64,000 nucleotides of DNA from Candidatus Entotheonellaceae bacterium (GTDB taxonomy: Bacteria > Tectomicrobia > Entotheonellia > Entotheonellales > Entotheonellaceae): NCBI GenBank assembly GCA_965238075.1, contig OZ250173.1:1056001-1120000 (forward strand). The letters run 5' to 3'. A program made the position numbers and the translations under genes. Position 1 is the stretch's first letter, and the number at the start of each line of letters is the position of its first letter. The notes under the pieces are model-generated. The model was not told the DNA's origin. It ran no database searches and was given only the letters and a program-made list of their open reading frames with translations. This document shows, piece after piece, positions 19,158 through 29,826 of the stretch.

Positions 19158-20186
19158 TCACCGCTGCGGCGGCAGCACTTCCAGTATTCTGCGGGCCGTG
19201 ATGGTGCCCACCGTCAGTCCGTCCTGCGTCACGCTGACGCAGCCGTCGGGATTGCCCTGCATGGCGGTGAGCACGGTTTCCAGAGTGTCGTTTGCTGCCA
19301 CCTCGGCCTGCAGGCTGGCCCCGTTGGCTGCCGCAACGGGCTCCATGACTGAGCGCGCCCGGATTACCCGCGCGCGGTTGATGTCCTGCACGAAATTCTG
19401 GATGTAGTCGTTGGCCGGATTCATGATGATGTCCTGCGGATCGCCCGTTTGCACCACCCCGCCGTCGTTGAGAATAGCAATGGTGTCGCCCAGTTTCAGG
19501 GCTTCATCGAGATCGTGCGTAATGAACACGATGGTCTTGTTGAGCTTGGCCTGCAGTTCCAGCAGCAGGTCCTGCATACTGCTGCGGATGAGCGGATCAA
19601 GGGCGCTGAAGGCCTCGTCCATGAGGAGAATTTCGGGGTCGGTGGCCAGGGCGCGCGCCAAGCCGACCCGCTGCTGCATACCGCCGGAAAGCTGCCCCGG
19701 ATAGTGATCCTCGAACCCCTCCAGCCCCACCTGCTCGATCCAGTGCATGGCCCGGTGGTCGACGTCCGCCTTGCCGACGTTCTGCACCGCCAGGCCGTAC
19801 CCGACGTTTTGCAGCACGGTACGGTGCGGCAGCAGCCCGAAGCGTTGGAAGACCATGCTCATCTTGTGGCGCCGGAACAGCTCCAGGTCGCGGCGCGACA
19901 GCCCCAGCACGTCCTGCCCGTCGATGCTGATGGCGCCTTGGGTTGGCTCGATCAGGCGATTGAAATGGCGGATGAGCGTCGACTTGCCGGAGCCGGACAG
20001 CCCCATGACCACGAAGATTTCCTGGTCCGCAATAGCCAGGTTGATGTCCGCCAAGCCGAGAACGTGCCCGTACTCGGTGAGCAGGCTCTGCTTGCGGACG
20101 CCCGCTTTGACGCGCGCCAGCGCCGCGGCGGGCGTTGGCCCGAAGATCTTGTAAAGCTGCTCGACGACGATCTTGGCTTCCGGCAT
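19158..20186 (-). CDS. proV: Glycine betaine/proline ABC transporter ATP-binding protein
   Basis: GLSGSGKST, LSGGMQQRVGLARAL, DEAFSALDPLIR. Confidence 0.9.
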   Translation of the reverse strand: MPEAKIVVEQLYKIFGPTPAAALARVKAGVRKQSLLTEYGHVLGLADINLAIADQEIFVVMGLSGSGKSTLIRHFNRLIEPTQGAISIDGQDVLGLSRRDLELFRRHKMSMVFQRFGLLPHRTVLQNVGYGLAVQNVGKADVDHRAMHWIEQVGLEGFEDHYPGQLSGGMQQRVGLARALATDPEILLMDEAFSALDPLIRSSMQDLLLELQAKLNKTIVFITHDLDEALKLGDTIAILNDGGVVQTGDPQDIIMNPANDYIQNFVQDINRARVIRARSVMEPVAAANGASLQAEVAANDTLETVLTAMQGNPDGCVSVTQDGLTVGTITARRILEVLPPQR

Positions 20187-20234
20187 TGTAAATAATCCTT
20201 TTCTTTTATTGTTTTCTGTATTATTCTGTGCTCT

Positions 20235-20834
20235 ATGAAACAACGTCAGTACCGACCTTCACAAGCCGCCGCCATGCTCGGCGTCGCCAGTTGGACCCTG
20301 CGCCGCTGGATACGAGAAGGACGCGTCCCGGCTAGAAGAACCGAAACCGGACGCCTCTACGTGTCCGCTGACTGGATCGACCAGCAGACCGGACATGCTG
20401 GCGCCGCAAGCGACAGCCGGTGTGCTCTCTACGTCCGTGAATCGTCTTCCGAGAATAAAGCCGCCTTGCAGTCCCAGGCAGACGGTCTGAAAGCCTACGC
20501 CAGCGCCCGCGGGTATCAGATCGTCCACGTCGTCCGCGAGGTCGCCTCCGGCATGAACGACGAACGCCCGAAATTGCATCGACTCCTTCAGGAGCGAGAC
20601 TTCGACGTGCTGGTTGTCGAGCACAAGGACCGCCTGACGCGCGTCGGCTTCTGGTGGTTCGAAGCCTTGGCGCCGTTTCGCATCGACGTCGTCAACACGG
20701 CTGAGGAAGCCACGCACGACTTGATGGAAGACCTTGTCTCCATCATGACGTCCTTTGCCGCCAGGCTCTACGGCAGGCGCCGGGGAGGCAAGAAGACCCA
20801 GGCCGCGATTCAAGCCCTGAAAGACGCTGGATGA
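20235..20834 (+). CDS. tnpA: IS607 transposase TnpA (MerR-like HTH + serine recombinase)
   Basis: AAAMLGVASWTLRRW, YVRESS, ASGMND.RPKL, EHKDRLTRVGF, FAARLYGRR. Confidence 0.92.
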   Translation: MKQRQYRPSQAAAMLGVASWTLRRWIREGRVPARRTETGRLYVSADWIDQQTGHAGAASDSRCALYVRESSSENKAALQSQADGLKAYASARGYQIVHVVREVASGMNDERPKLHRLLQERDFDVLVVEHKDRLTRVGFWWFEALAPFRIDVVNTAEEATHDLMEDLVSIMTSFAARLYGRRRGGKKTQAAIQALKDAG

Positions 20835-21965
20835 TCAAACAGCACAAGAAGTCCAAAGCTCCCTTGATGCGACGGACAGCACGCATCTACCTCAACGACC
20901 TGAACGCCCGCAAAGCCGAGAGGCTCAAAGACTTCCTGCACCTCTGTCATGACGTGACGCAGTACGCGGTCGATCTGTTCTGGCAACGTCGGGACTTCAG
21001 CAGCCAGATGGCGGACCTCGAAACCGTCCACCGCATCCGCGACCGTTTCGGCATCACGACCCGGCTTGCTCAGGCGCTCGCCAAGCAGGCGAAAGAAATC
21101 ATTCGCTCAGCCAAGGCAAACGGTTTCAATCGCAAGCCGCGCCTGCGCAGGCATACGGTAACGCTCTATTCGCATTTTGTCCGCCTTGAAGCCTACCACC
21201 AGGCCCACTTCGATCATGCTGCCGTTCTGACCGGCTCCGGTGCGCCCAAGGGCTTGACAGTTCCTTTCCACAACAGCCGTCTCATCCGTCGCCGACTCAA
21301 GGACGGCTGGCGACTGGATAACACCTTGCGGCTTGGCCGTACCGGGAAGCGTCTGTGGCTCGAGGTCATCCTGGTCATGGAACGGCCGAAACCCTACAGG
21401 TGGAAGCGCCCGCGCATCGTCGGCATGGATACCAACTACGTCTCAGGCTTCGTGTTCAGCGACGGCCAGCATGTCGGACAAGACATCTACGACCGTATCC
21501 AGACGTTCGCTAAACGCCAGAAACACACTTTCAAGGAGATTTCCGACCTGGTAGGCAAGGCCCTTCACCAGGTCAATTGGTCACGCCTTGACGTGCTCGT
21601 TCTCGAAAGGCTCAAGTACGTCAAGACGGGAAGAACGAGGGACGTTCTCTCGTCGCTTCAACAGGCGTCTGTCCCACTGGCTTTACAAAGCCTCTGAGCA
21701 GCGTATACGGCAGTATTGCGAGGAATGGGGGATCGTCGTGAAGCAGAAGAACCCCTGGAAAACGTCGCAGTGTTGCAGTCGCTGTCTCAAGTGGGACCGG
21801 CGAAGTCGCAAGGGAGAACGGTTTGCGTGCGTCTTCTGCGGTCATGAGGCCCATGCCGATTTCAACGCCGCGCGCAACCTGGCCTTTCTTGAGACGGTCG
21901 GAGTCTATGGTCTCGGCAATCTCAAAAACAACAACCAAAGTCCGAAAAGACACAGTTGTTGTTAA
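20831..21965 (+). pseudogene. tnpB: TnpB RNA-guided endonuclease, single +1 frameshift near 21630-21637
   Basis: RuvC D (IVGMDTN), E (VLVLERL), TSQ + CxxC/CxxC zinc finger, D (HADFNAARNL); split between ORFs 20831..21697 and 21588..21965. Confidence 0.85.
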
Positions 21966-21976
21966 CCATGCTGTCG

Positions 21977-22969
21977 TTACTCCTGTACGTGCTTCTGGCT
22001 CTGCAAAATCGTCTGCCGCGTCACACGGTCGAACATGATGGCGAACGCCACCAGGGCCAGGCCGTTGAACAGACCCTTGGCGAGATACTGATTGGTCACC
22101 GCTTCCAGCACCTCGATCCCCAGGCCGCGCACCGAAACCATCGAGGCGATGACGACCATGGCGAGCGCCATCATGATCGTCTGATTGACCCCCGCCAGGA
22201 TGTTCGGCATCGCCAGCGGTATCTGAACGTCGATCAGCTTCTGCCAATTGCTGGCGCCGAACGCCTCGCTCGCCTCCAGCACTTCCTGGTCAACCAAGCG
22301 GATACCCAGATCGGTGAGACGAATGACAGGCGGAATGGCGTAGGCGATCACCGCGATGGCGCCGGGCACCTTGCCGACCCCGAACAGCATGACGACCGGG
22401 ATCAGATACACGAAGCTCGGCATCGTCTGCATGACGTCCAGGACGGGGGTGACGGTGCTGCGCATGCGGCTGTGGCGCGCCATCAGCACGCCGATGGGAA
22501 TACCGAAAAGGATGCAGATAAGGGTGCAGACGAGAATGAACGACAGCGTCCGCATGGCGTCGTCCCACATACCGAAAAATCCGATGACCGACAGCACCAG
22601 GAGGACCGCCACGGTATGCAGCCGCTGCCGGGTCATCAGATAGACGATAGCGGTGATGATGACGAGGGTCAGCCACCACGGCGCGCTGACCAGCAGGTTT
22701 TCGGTCCAGATGAGGAAATCGAGGAAGGGGTTGAAGAAAGACTCGATGAGGTCGCCCCACGAGCGGGTGAAGTTCTTATAACCGGTGTCAACGGCCTTTT
22801 GCAGGTCGCGGATGCGGGGCAGGGCGGGGCAGGCAGCGCTGAATTGATCCAGGGACGGGAAATTCGGCGCCTCGCGATTGAGCGCGAAGAGTTGCTCGCT
22901 GCCGCCGTCTTCCGGGTTGCAGGCGGCGTGCAGGCCAAGCATGGCGAGGATGTCTTCCAGCAACGGCAC
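21977..22969 (-). CDS. proW: Glycine betaine/proline ABC transporter permease
   Basis: PVLDVMQTMPSFVYLIP, EASEAFGA, AGVNQTIMMALAMVVIASM; GTG start with GGAGG SD. Confidence 0.9.
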   Translation of the reverse strand: MPLLEDILAMLGLHAACNPEDGGSEQLFALNREAPNFPSLDQFSAACPALPRIRDLQKAVDTGYKNFTRSWGDLIESFFNPFLDFLIWTENLLVSAPWWLTLVIITAIVYLMTRQRLHTVAVLLVLSVIGFFGMWDDAMRTLSFILVCTLICILFGIPIGVLMARHSRMRSTVTPVLDVMQTMPSFVYLIPVVMLFGVGKVPGAIAVIAYAIPPVIRLTDLGIRLVDQEVLEASEAFGASNWQKLIDVQIPLAMPNILAGVNQTIMMALAMVVIASMVSVRGLGIEVLEAVTNQYLAKGLFNGLALVAFAIMFDRVTRQTILQSQKHVQE

Positions 22970-23055
22970 GATTCCTGGCCTCCGCAAACCGGCGACGCCG
23001 CCGGGAATTGGCGTACCCGTGGGCGGCGGACGCGCTGTGCGCCACCCGTTGTCGC

Positions 23056-24060
23056 TTATTTCAGGGCCGCTTTCACCTTGGCCGCCACGTCCGCCGGCAG
23101 CCAGGACGACCACAATTCCTCGTGCTTCACGATGAAATAGCCGGCCATTTCGTTGCCCTCGGCCTGATTGTCCTCGCCCCAGGCCAGCACGGCGTTCATC
23201 ACGTCGTTGGGAATGGAGATGCTGCCGAGGAAGGCGAACTCCTCGGCGTGGCTGTCGGCGAAGGCCTTCGTCGTCATCGCCAGCACCTGGGAGGGGGGAT
23301 AGCGGCCGGCGTGCGGCGTATCGCAGTTCTCCCTGGTATTACACGCGTGCCCCTCGGCGTCGAAGCCGGCCAATTCGATCATCACCATGGGGTATTTGCC
23401 AAGAATGGAAGTCGGCGCCCAGTAGTAGCCGAACCATGGCTCCTGCCGCTCGTACGCCTTGGCGATGGCGCCCGACAGCCCCTCGCCCGACCCCGGATCG
23501 AAGTTGTTGAAGCTCTCGCCCATGCCGTAGGCGCGGAAGAGATTGTTGTTGATGATCTTGCAGCCCCAGCCCGACGGACAGTTGTAAAAACGGCCCTTGG
23601 ACGGGTCCTCCGGATCCTGGAACAACTGCGCGTTGGCCATCACCTGCTGCAGGGTGCGGATGTCGGGATGCGCCTCGGCCAAGTAGGCGGGAATCCACCA
23701 CGCCTCCACGCCGCCATCGGTCAGCACGTTGCCGGCCGACACGATACGGCCCTCGGCGACGCCGTTTTCAAAGGTCTCCCGGACCGAATTGATCCAGATT
23801 TCCGAGGCGATGTCGGGCTCGCCTTTCTCTACCATCGAGGTCATGGCCGGCACGGTAGAAGTCTGCAACAACTCGACCTCGCAGCCGTAGCCCGCCTCGA
23901 GGATGAACTTCTCGAGGTTGGCAATCACACGCGCCGAATTCCAGTTCATCTCGCCGACGGCCACCTTGCCGCAGTCGGCCAGCGCCATGCCGGTGGTGAC
24001 GACCAGCGCCATCACCGCGACGGCCACCACGATCCCAAAACGCCTTCCTGAACGCTTCAT
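23056..24060 (-). CDS. proX: Glycine betaine ABC transporter substrate-binding protein
   Basis: Signal peptide, EMNWNSA, CPSGWGC, DPGSG, YYWAPT. Confidence 0.88.
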   Translation of the reverse strand: MKRSGRRFGIVVAVAVMALVVTTGMALADCGKVAVGEMNWNSARVIANLEKFILEAGYGCEVELLQTSTVPAMTSMVEKGEPDIASEIWINSVRETFENGVAEGRIVSAGNVLTDGGVEAWWIPAYLAEAHPDIRTLQQVMANAQLFQDPEDPSKGRFYNCPSGWGCKIINNNLFRAYGMGESFNNFDPGSGEGLSGAIAKAYERQEPWFGYYWAPTSILGKYPMVMIELAGFDAEGHACNTRENCDTPHAGRYPPSQVLAMTTKAFADSHAEEFAFLGSISIPNDVMNAVLAWGEDNQAEGNEMAGYFIVKHEELWSSWLPADVAAKVKAALK

Positions 24061-24138
24061 CGCTTGCTCCTTTTCGGCTTTGCGAAGTTAGAAGTCATTC
24101 GTAGCAACTGTGACCAATTACCAGCGTATTGAGATACG

Positions 24139-25301
24139 CTAGAAGTAATAGCGGAAATTGAAATTAATCCGCCAATTCCACGGATTGTTCTCGTTGGCGC
24201 CAAAATCCCCGTCACTGCCTATCCAGAAGTTGCCGTCGGAAAACGCCAGCTCGCTGTACATGTACAGGGCGCCGTAGATCGTCCAGACGGCTCCCACCGT
24301 CACCAGCGTGCTGTCATTGTACCCGTCCGCCGATTTCAGGATAGAACTCCACTCCACATACGGCGTCACGCTGTCCACCCACGAGACACTCGACGCGTCT
24401 ACGCCGTTATAGCGTAAAGACACAGCGCGGGCACGATCCCCTCAGAAGCAACCAGCGATGGGCCATCGTAAGCCCCCATGGGAATCAGGTCGTCGTTCAT
24501 CCAGGGCGTCTCGTCCGTAATGTTGTACACGTAATATGTCAACTGTGAGTAGAGGGTGAACTTCCCAAAGGCGTTTTTCACGTGCCCCGAAAGGGCGTAG
24601 TGGTCGTTGCTGTCGTCGTCCCCTACGTTCGTTCCCTGCAACAATCCGTATTGCAGCGACGCGCCCACCTCAGTCCCGCCTTCCAGCGCATAGATTGCGC
24701 GCAGGTTGAACTGGTGCTGCTCCTCGAACCCGTTTCCGCCATCCGTTCTCCTCCTAACCACATCATAGGCATACCGCGAACTCTCAAGACTTTCCCCATA
24801 CGTCTGGAATTCGCTGCTCGGGAAGTAACCGACGTCGAGCGCCAGCTTGTCAAAAGCCCCGCTCCATCTGATTCCCAGATCCATGTCGTCAACGAGCCCG
24901 ACATAATAATGCTGGTCGAAAAAATAACTGCTGGAGACGCCATACGCCGTCGGTCCGAAAGGTACCCGCACGATGCCGGCCTTGAGAGTGCGCGAACCGC
25001 CCCAATCGTACCCCAGCCATGCCGTATGAAACATGCTGTAACTCTCGTACCAGCGATACTCGACCCTGCCGATGACGTTCTGATGGCCCAGATCGGCATT
25101 CAAGCGGAAAACGTCAAGGCGAGTAGCGCCGACTCCTTCGCCTCGGGCATCATCGTAGTCCCCGTATATAAAGTTCACCCCGATCGCCCCGCCGATTTTG
25201 ATCGGACTCTTCTCAGGCTCCTGCGCCATCACGACCGAAACCGCGACCAGTAAACAGGCGATAACGAGGACAAAGCCCTGTGCATATCTTTGATCGTTCA
25301 T
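24139..25301 (-). pseudogene. Outer-membrane beta-barrel/porin, frameshifted near 24420
   Basis: Signal peptide, amphipathic strands, C-terminal FNFRYYF; ORFs 24399..25301 and 24139..24423 join by removing a TG duplication (PALSLRY). Confidence 0.7.
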
Positions 25302-25393
25302 CGTTCCGTCAACTCCTATGTGAGGGTGAAAACAGGATTGTTACGAAACCGAAAGCACCCGGTGACAGAGGCAGTTTCCGTCACTTGTATCTA

Positions 25394-25564
25394 TCAAATG
25401 GCAGCAATCAACTGGCATGTTGGTAAGTATTCAGAGAGTCCCTGACTTCCGATAAAGGCGATCATGCCGATCTGGTAAGCGGCCAGCGCCGTGCCGGAGG
25501 TGACGACCAGTACCATCGCTGCGACGGCTGCCACGATCCCAAAACGCCTTCCTGAACGGTTCAT
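25394..25564 (-). other. 56-codon ORF whose first ~28 codons are a diverged copy of the proX signal peptide
   Basis: MNRSGRRFGIVAAVAAMVLVVTSGTALA vs ProX MKRSGRRFGIVVAVAVMALVVTTGMALA; DNA 25480-25580 resembles 23976-24079. Confidence 0.7.
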
Positions 25565-25715
25565 CCCCTGCTCTTTCAGCCCTCTTCCTCAACCCGATAT
25601 GCGGTCTGCACGCCAATTTTCAAGGCACGAAACTGTCTGAGAACACGGCAATTCTTGATGACATGGGGCCGCAAGTCAACCCCGCGGGGCTGAAGCAGGC
25701 CGCCGGGCGGGCGGA

Positions 25716-26147
25716 TCAGATGTCGAATATGACCCGTGCCTGCCAGCCGGCGCCAAGCCGCTCGACGGCGATCTGGTGGTAGGTGACGGCCTTGATTTCG
25801 GTGTCGATGGGATGGCGCGCGGCGTCGAACGTCTCGCCGCGCAGGGTGGCTCGCAGGCGGGTCGGCTCCAGGGTGTGGAAGGCTGCGTTCACAGCCAGGA
25901 ATCGATGTGTGTCGTAGGCGTAGAGCAACTCGCCGAGCCAGCGCACCATGAGGTCCTCCAGGTCGATAGCCTCGACGGTCAGGTCCCGGTTGAGGCGCGG
26001 CTCGATGCGCTCGGCGTCGGTCATCAGGTCGAACAGGCCCCAGGCGGCGTGGGCGAACAGTTGGTGCAGGTCGGCGCCGAACACCAGCATGCCGAGGTCG
26101 CCGGTGTGGTCGATCGCTTGATAAATGGGCTTGCCGGCGCCGGACAC
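25716..26147 (-). CDS. Archease
   Basis: DHTGD...L..WL.ELLY...EIKAVTYH...VIFDI. Confidence 0.9.
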   Translation of the reverse strand: MSGAGKPIYQAIDHTGDLGMLVFGADLHQLFAHAAWGLFDLMTDAERIEPRLNRDLTVEAIDLEDLMVRWLGELLYAYDTHRFLAVNAAFHTLEPTRLRATLRGETFDAARHPIDTEIKAVTYHQIAVERLGAGWQARVIFDI

Positions 26148-26366
26148 GTCCGCTACCTCCCCGCTCGAGCATTTTCGTATCTGATGGCATCAGGAAGATA
26201 TCCGCCAAGCTCTATCCGCAACATGACGCCCCTCTCAAACCCCGGCGTCCGGGCAGACGTCCCGACTTGTCCGACAGTGAGGTCCTCACCCTGGCCCTCT
26301 GCGCTCAGTAGCGCGGCAGGTCCCGGCGCGCCTTCGTCCGCTCTGCCGCTGAGCTCCGAAAGCGCG

Positions 26367-27365
26367 CTAATCCATCACCAGCATGATCTTGCCGACGTTG
26401 CGGTTGTCTTCCATGTACTGGTGCGCCGCGGCGGCCTCGGCGAGCGGGAATGAGGTGTCGATGAGGGGCTGCAGGCGGCCGCTTTCGAGCTCGGGAAGCC
26501 AGCGGCTGCGGAAGCGCTCGGTGATGGTGATTTTGTTCGCCAGCGGCTGGCTGCGCATGACCGAGCCGATGACCTGCAGGCGCTTGCGCATGAGGCCGAG
26601 ATCGGCTTCCACCTTGGCGCCGCCCATGAGGCCGACCAGCACCAGCCGACCGGCCGTTTTCAGGCATTTGAGATTGTTTTGCCAGTAGGCGGCGCCGATG
26701 AAGTCCTGCACCAGATCGACGCCGGCGCCGTCGGTCAGTTCCAGCACTCGCGCCGCGAAATCGGTCGTCTTGTAATTGATGCCCGCCTCGGCGCCCAGCG
26801 CCACGGTGCACGCCACCTTGGCGCCGCCCACCTTGCGGCCTTCCTCTGAACCCACCGTAACCAGCACTCGCGCGCCCGCTTGCCGCGCCATCTGAATGCC
26901 GGCGGTTCCCACCCCGCTGGCGCCGGCGTGAATAAGCACCGTTTCCCCCTTGTCCAGCCGCCCCAAGGTGAACAAGGTCTCGTTGGCGGTGAAAAAGACC
27001 TCGGGCACCGCCGCTGCCTTAACGAAGTCCCAATCGTCTGGAATGGGCATGGCCATCCGGTAATCGATGCAGGCTTTCTCGGCGTAGCCGCCGCCGCCGA
27101 CCAGGCCGAAGACGCGGTCGCCCGGCTTGAAGCTCGACGCGTTGGCGCCGACCGCCTCCACCTCGCCGGCGAGTTCGAGGCCGAGGATGTCCGACTCGCC
27201 GGGCGGCGGCGGGTAGTGGCCGCGCCGCTGCATGGTGTCGGCGCGGTTGAGGGCGCTGGCCCGCACGCGCACCAACAACTCATCGGCGGTGGGGGTGGGC
27301 TCGGCGACGTCTTCCAGGCGCAGCACGTCGGGTCCTCCGCAGGTTGCGAAGGTAATCGCTTTCAT
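26367..27365 (-). CDS. NAD(P)H-quinone oxidoreductase (PIG3-like, MDR family)
   Basis: NRADTMQRRGHYPPPPG, PEVFFTA, HAGASGVG, NVGKIML. Confidence 0.9.
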   Translation of the reverse strand: MKAITFATCGGPDVLRLEDVAEPTPTADELLVRVRASALNRADTMQRRGHYPPPPGESDILGLELAGEVEAVGANASSFKPGDRVFGLVGGGGYAEKACIDYRMAMPIPDDWDFVKAAAVPEVFFTANETLFTLGRLDKGETVLIHAGASGVGTAGIQMARQAGARVLVTVGSEEGRKVGGAKVACTVALGAEAGINYKTTDFAARVLELTDGAGVDLVQDFIGAAYWQNNLKCLKTAGRLVLVGLMGGAKVEADLGLMRKRLQVIGSVMRSQPLANKITITERFRSRWLPELESGRLQPLIDTSFPLAEAAAAHQYMEDNRNVGKIMLVMD

Positions 27366-27594
27366 GATGATGGCTGTCTCCAGACGGTAAATGGGGTCGG
27401 ATTCGCGGGGTCACAAAGTGTCTGCTGGAACCGCAAGTTCGTGGGCCACGAAGCTAGCACGCAGGCTCGCGGGGTGTCAATTTGGCCCCTGCGCCGCATG
27501 GCGCCGCGGTTTGACGCCTCCCGGCGAGTCGTGCTACAACCGCACCCGTTTCTGCAACAGCTACCTACATTAAGGGAGCACCTCACCGGGATTT

Positions 27595-27707
27595 CCCCCT
27601 CACCCCTACCCTCTCCTGCCAGGGGAGAGGGAGCAAAATCCTGTCGCGGGAGAGGTTCAGTTCTCTGGTCCCCCCCCCTCGGTGGGGGAGGATTAGGGAG
27701 AGGGGGA
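27595..27707. repeat. C/G-rich palindromic repeat doublet, inverted relative of 7235-7357
   Basis: CCCCCTCACCCCTACCCTCTCC..GGGGAGAGGG ... CCCCCCTCGGTGGGGGAGGATTAGGGAGAGGGGG. Confidence 0.7.
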
Positions 27708-27751
27708 TTCGTGGTAGCGCGACCCCCATCTTGACCTCGAAAAGGAACGCC

Positions 27752-28774
27752 ATGACCGAGCATCGCCCCCCGGTAGAGAATCTTGCCGCCGAGCGCGTCA
27801 ACGAGATGAGCCGCAACTTCTGGAACTCGGCGGTTCTGCGAGCGGGTATCAAGCTGAACGTCTTTGCCCTCTTGCAGAATCAAGCCCTGCCGTGTGACGA
27901 CGTGGCACAGGCGTGCGGCGCCAACCGGCGCTTCATGGAGGCCTTTCTGGAGGCGTGCGTGGCGCTGGGATTGCTCGACAAACAGGGCGAGCTCTATACC
28001 GACTCGGCGCAGGCGGCGGCCTTCTTGATCCCTGACAAGCCGACCTACGTGGGCGACCTGGTTTTGCATATCACCAATTACTGGCACACCTGGGGCAAGC
28101 TCGACCAGCTCATCAAGGAGGGCCGCACGGAACTGCCGTTCGAGAACGGTTTCGTCGACGTGCCGACGTATTGGACCGACTACATGCTCGGCCAGCACAA
28201 CCGCGCCACCGCGGGTCAGGGCGCCTATCTGGTGCAGAGCGTGGCGCTCGACGGCAGGCGCAAGATGCTCGACCTCGGGGGCGGCGCGGCCAGCTACAGC
28301 ATCGCCCTGTGCGCCGCCAATCCGGCGTTGCGCGCCGACGTCGTCGACCAGGTGGAGCCGCTGGAGGTCGCCCGCCCGCTGGTCGAAGCGGCGGGGCTGC
28401 AGGACCGTATCACCCTCGTGCCGGGTGATTTCAACACGCTGGAGCTGGCGAGCGATTACGACGTGGTGCTGATTTCCGGGGTGGTGCTGATCAAATCCGA
28501 AGCGGATTGCCGAGCGGTGTTCCGCCGCGCCCTCGGCGCCCTGCAGCCGGGCGGCCTGGTCATCGTGCAGGATTTCATGCGCGTCGACCACAGCGCCGCG
28601 CGCAGCTTCCTGGACACCATGATGGACATGTACGTGGTGGTGGGCTTCGACCCCGGCGCCAGCGACCGCTTTGGCGACGAAGTGGCGGGTTGGCTGTCCG
28701 ACGAGGGCTTCGCCAACACCCGGCAAATCCCGCTGCCCACGCATCTGGCCCTGGTACTCGCCGACAAGCCGTAG
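27752..28774 (+). CDS. SAM-dependent O-methyltransferase (dimerisation + Methyltransf_2)
   Basis: LDLGGG, GDF, LQPGGLVIVQD. Confidence 0.85.
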   Translation: MTEHRPPVENLAAERVNEMSRNFWNSAVLRAGIKLNVFALLQNQALPCDDVAQACGANRRFMEAFLEACVALGLLDKQGELYTDSAQAAAFLIPDKPTYVGDLVLHITNYWHTWGKLDQLIKEGRTELPFENGFVDVPTYWTDYMLGQHNRATAGQGAYLVQSVALDGRRKMLDLGGGAASYSIALCAANPALRADVVDQVEPLEVARPLVEAAGLQDRITLVPGDFNTLELASDYDVVLISGVVLIKSEADCRAVFRRALGALQPGGLVIVQDFMRVDHSAARSFLDTMMDMYVVVGFDPGASDRFGDEVAGWLSDEGFANTRQIPLPTHLALVLADKP

Positions 28775-28907
28775 GGTGAGGGGTTTCGCGGCGAGCCTGT
28801 GACCCATTCGCGGTTTATTGGAACCGCCTCCGGTTTTGCGATACCATGGCGGCTTTGGACGTTGGCATTGATGTTTCCATCCAAACAACAGGCCCACCGC
28901 ATACCTT

Positions 28908-29822
<915 letters not shown>

Positions 29823-29826
29823 GACG

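Larger units (their letters stand above)
20187..21969 (+). mobile_element. IS607-family insertion sequence (tnpA + tnpB)
   Basis: Serine recombinase plus TnpB in opposite orientation inside the proXWV operon; CAT shared at both junctions (20184-86, 21967-69); AT-rich ends, no terminal IR. Confidence 0.85.

Noticed and set aside
21620-21645. Programmed frameshift in tnpB
   Set aside because: Needs +1 and there is no canonical slippery heptamer; more likely mutation or error.
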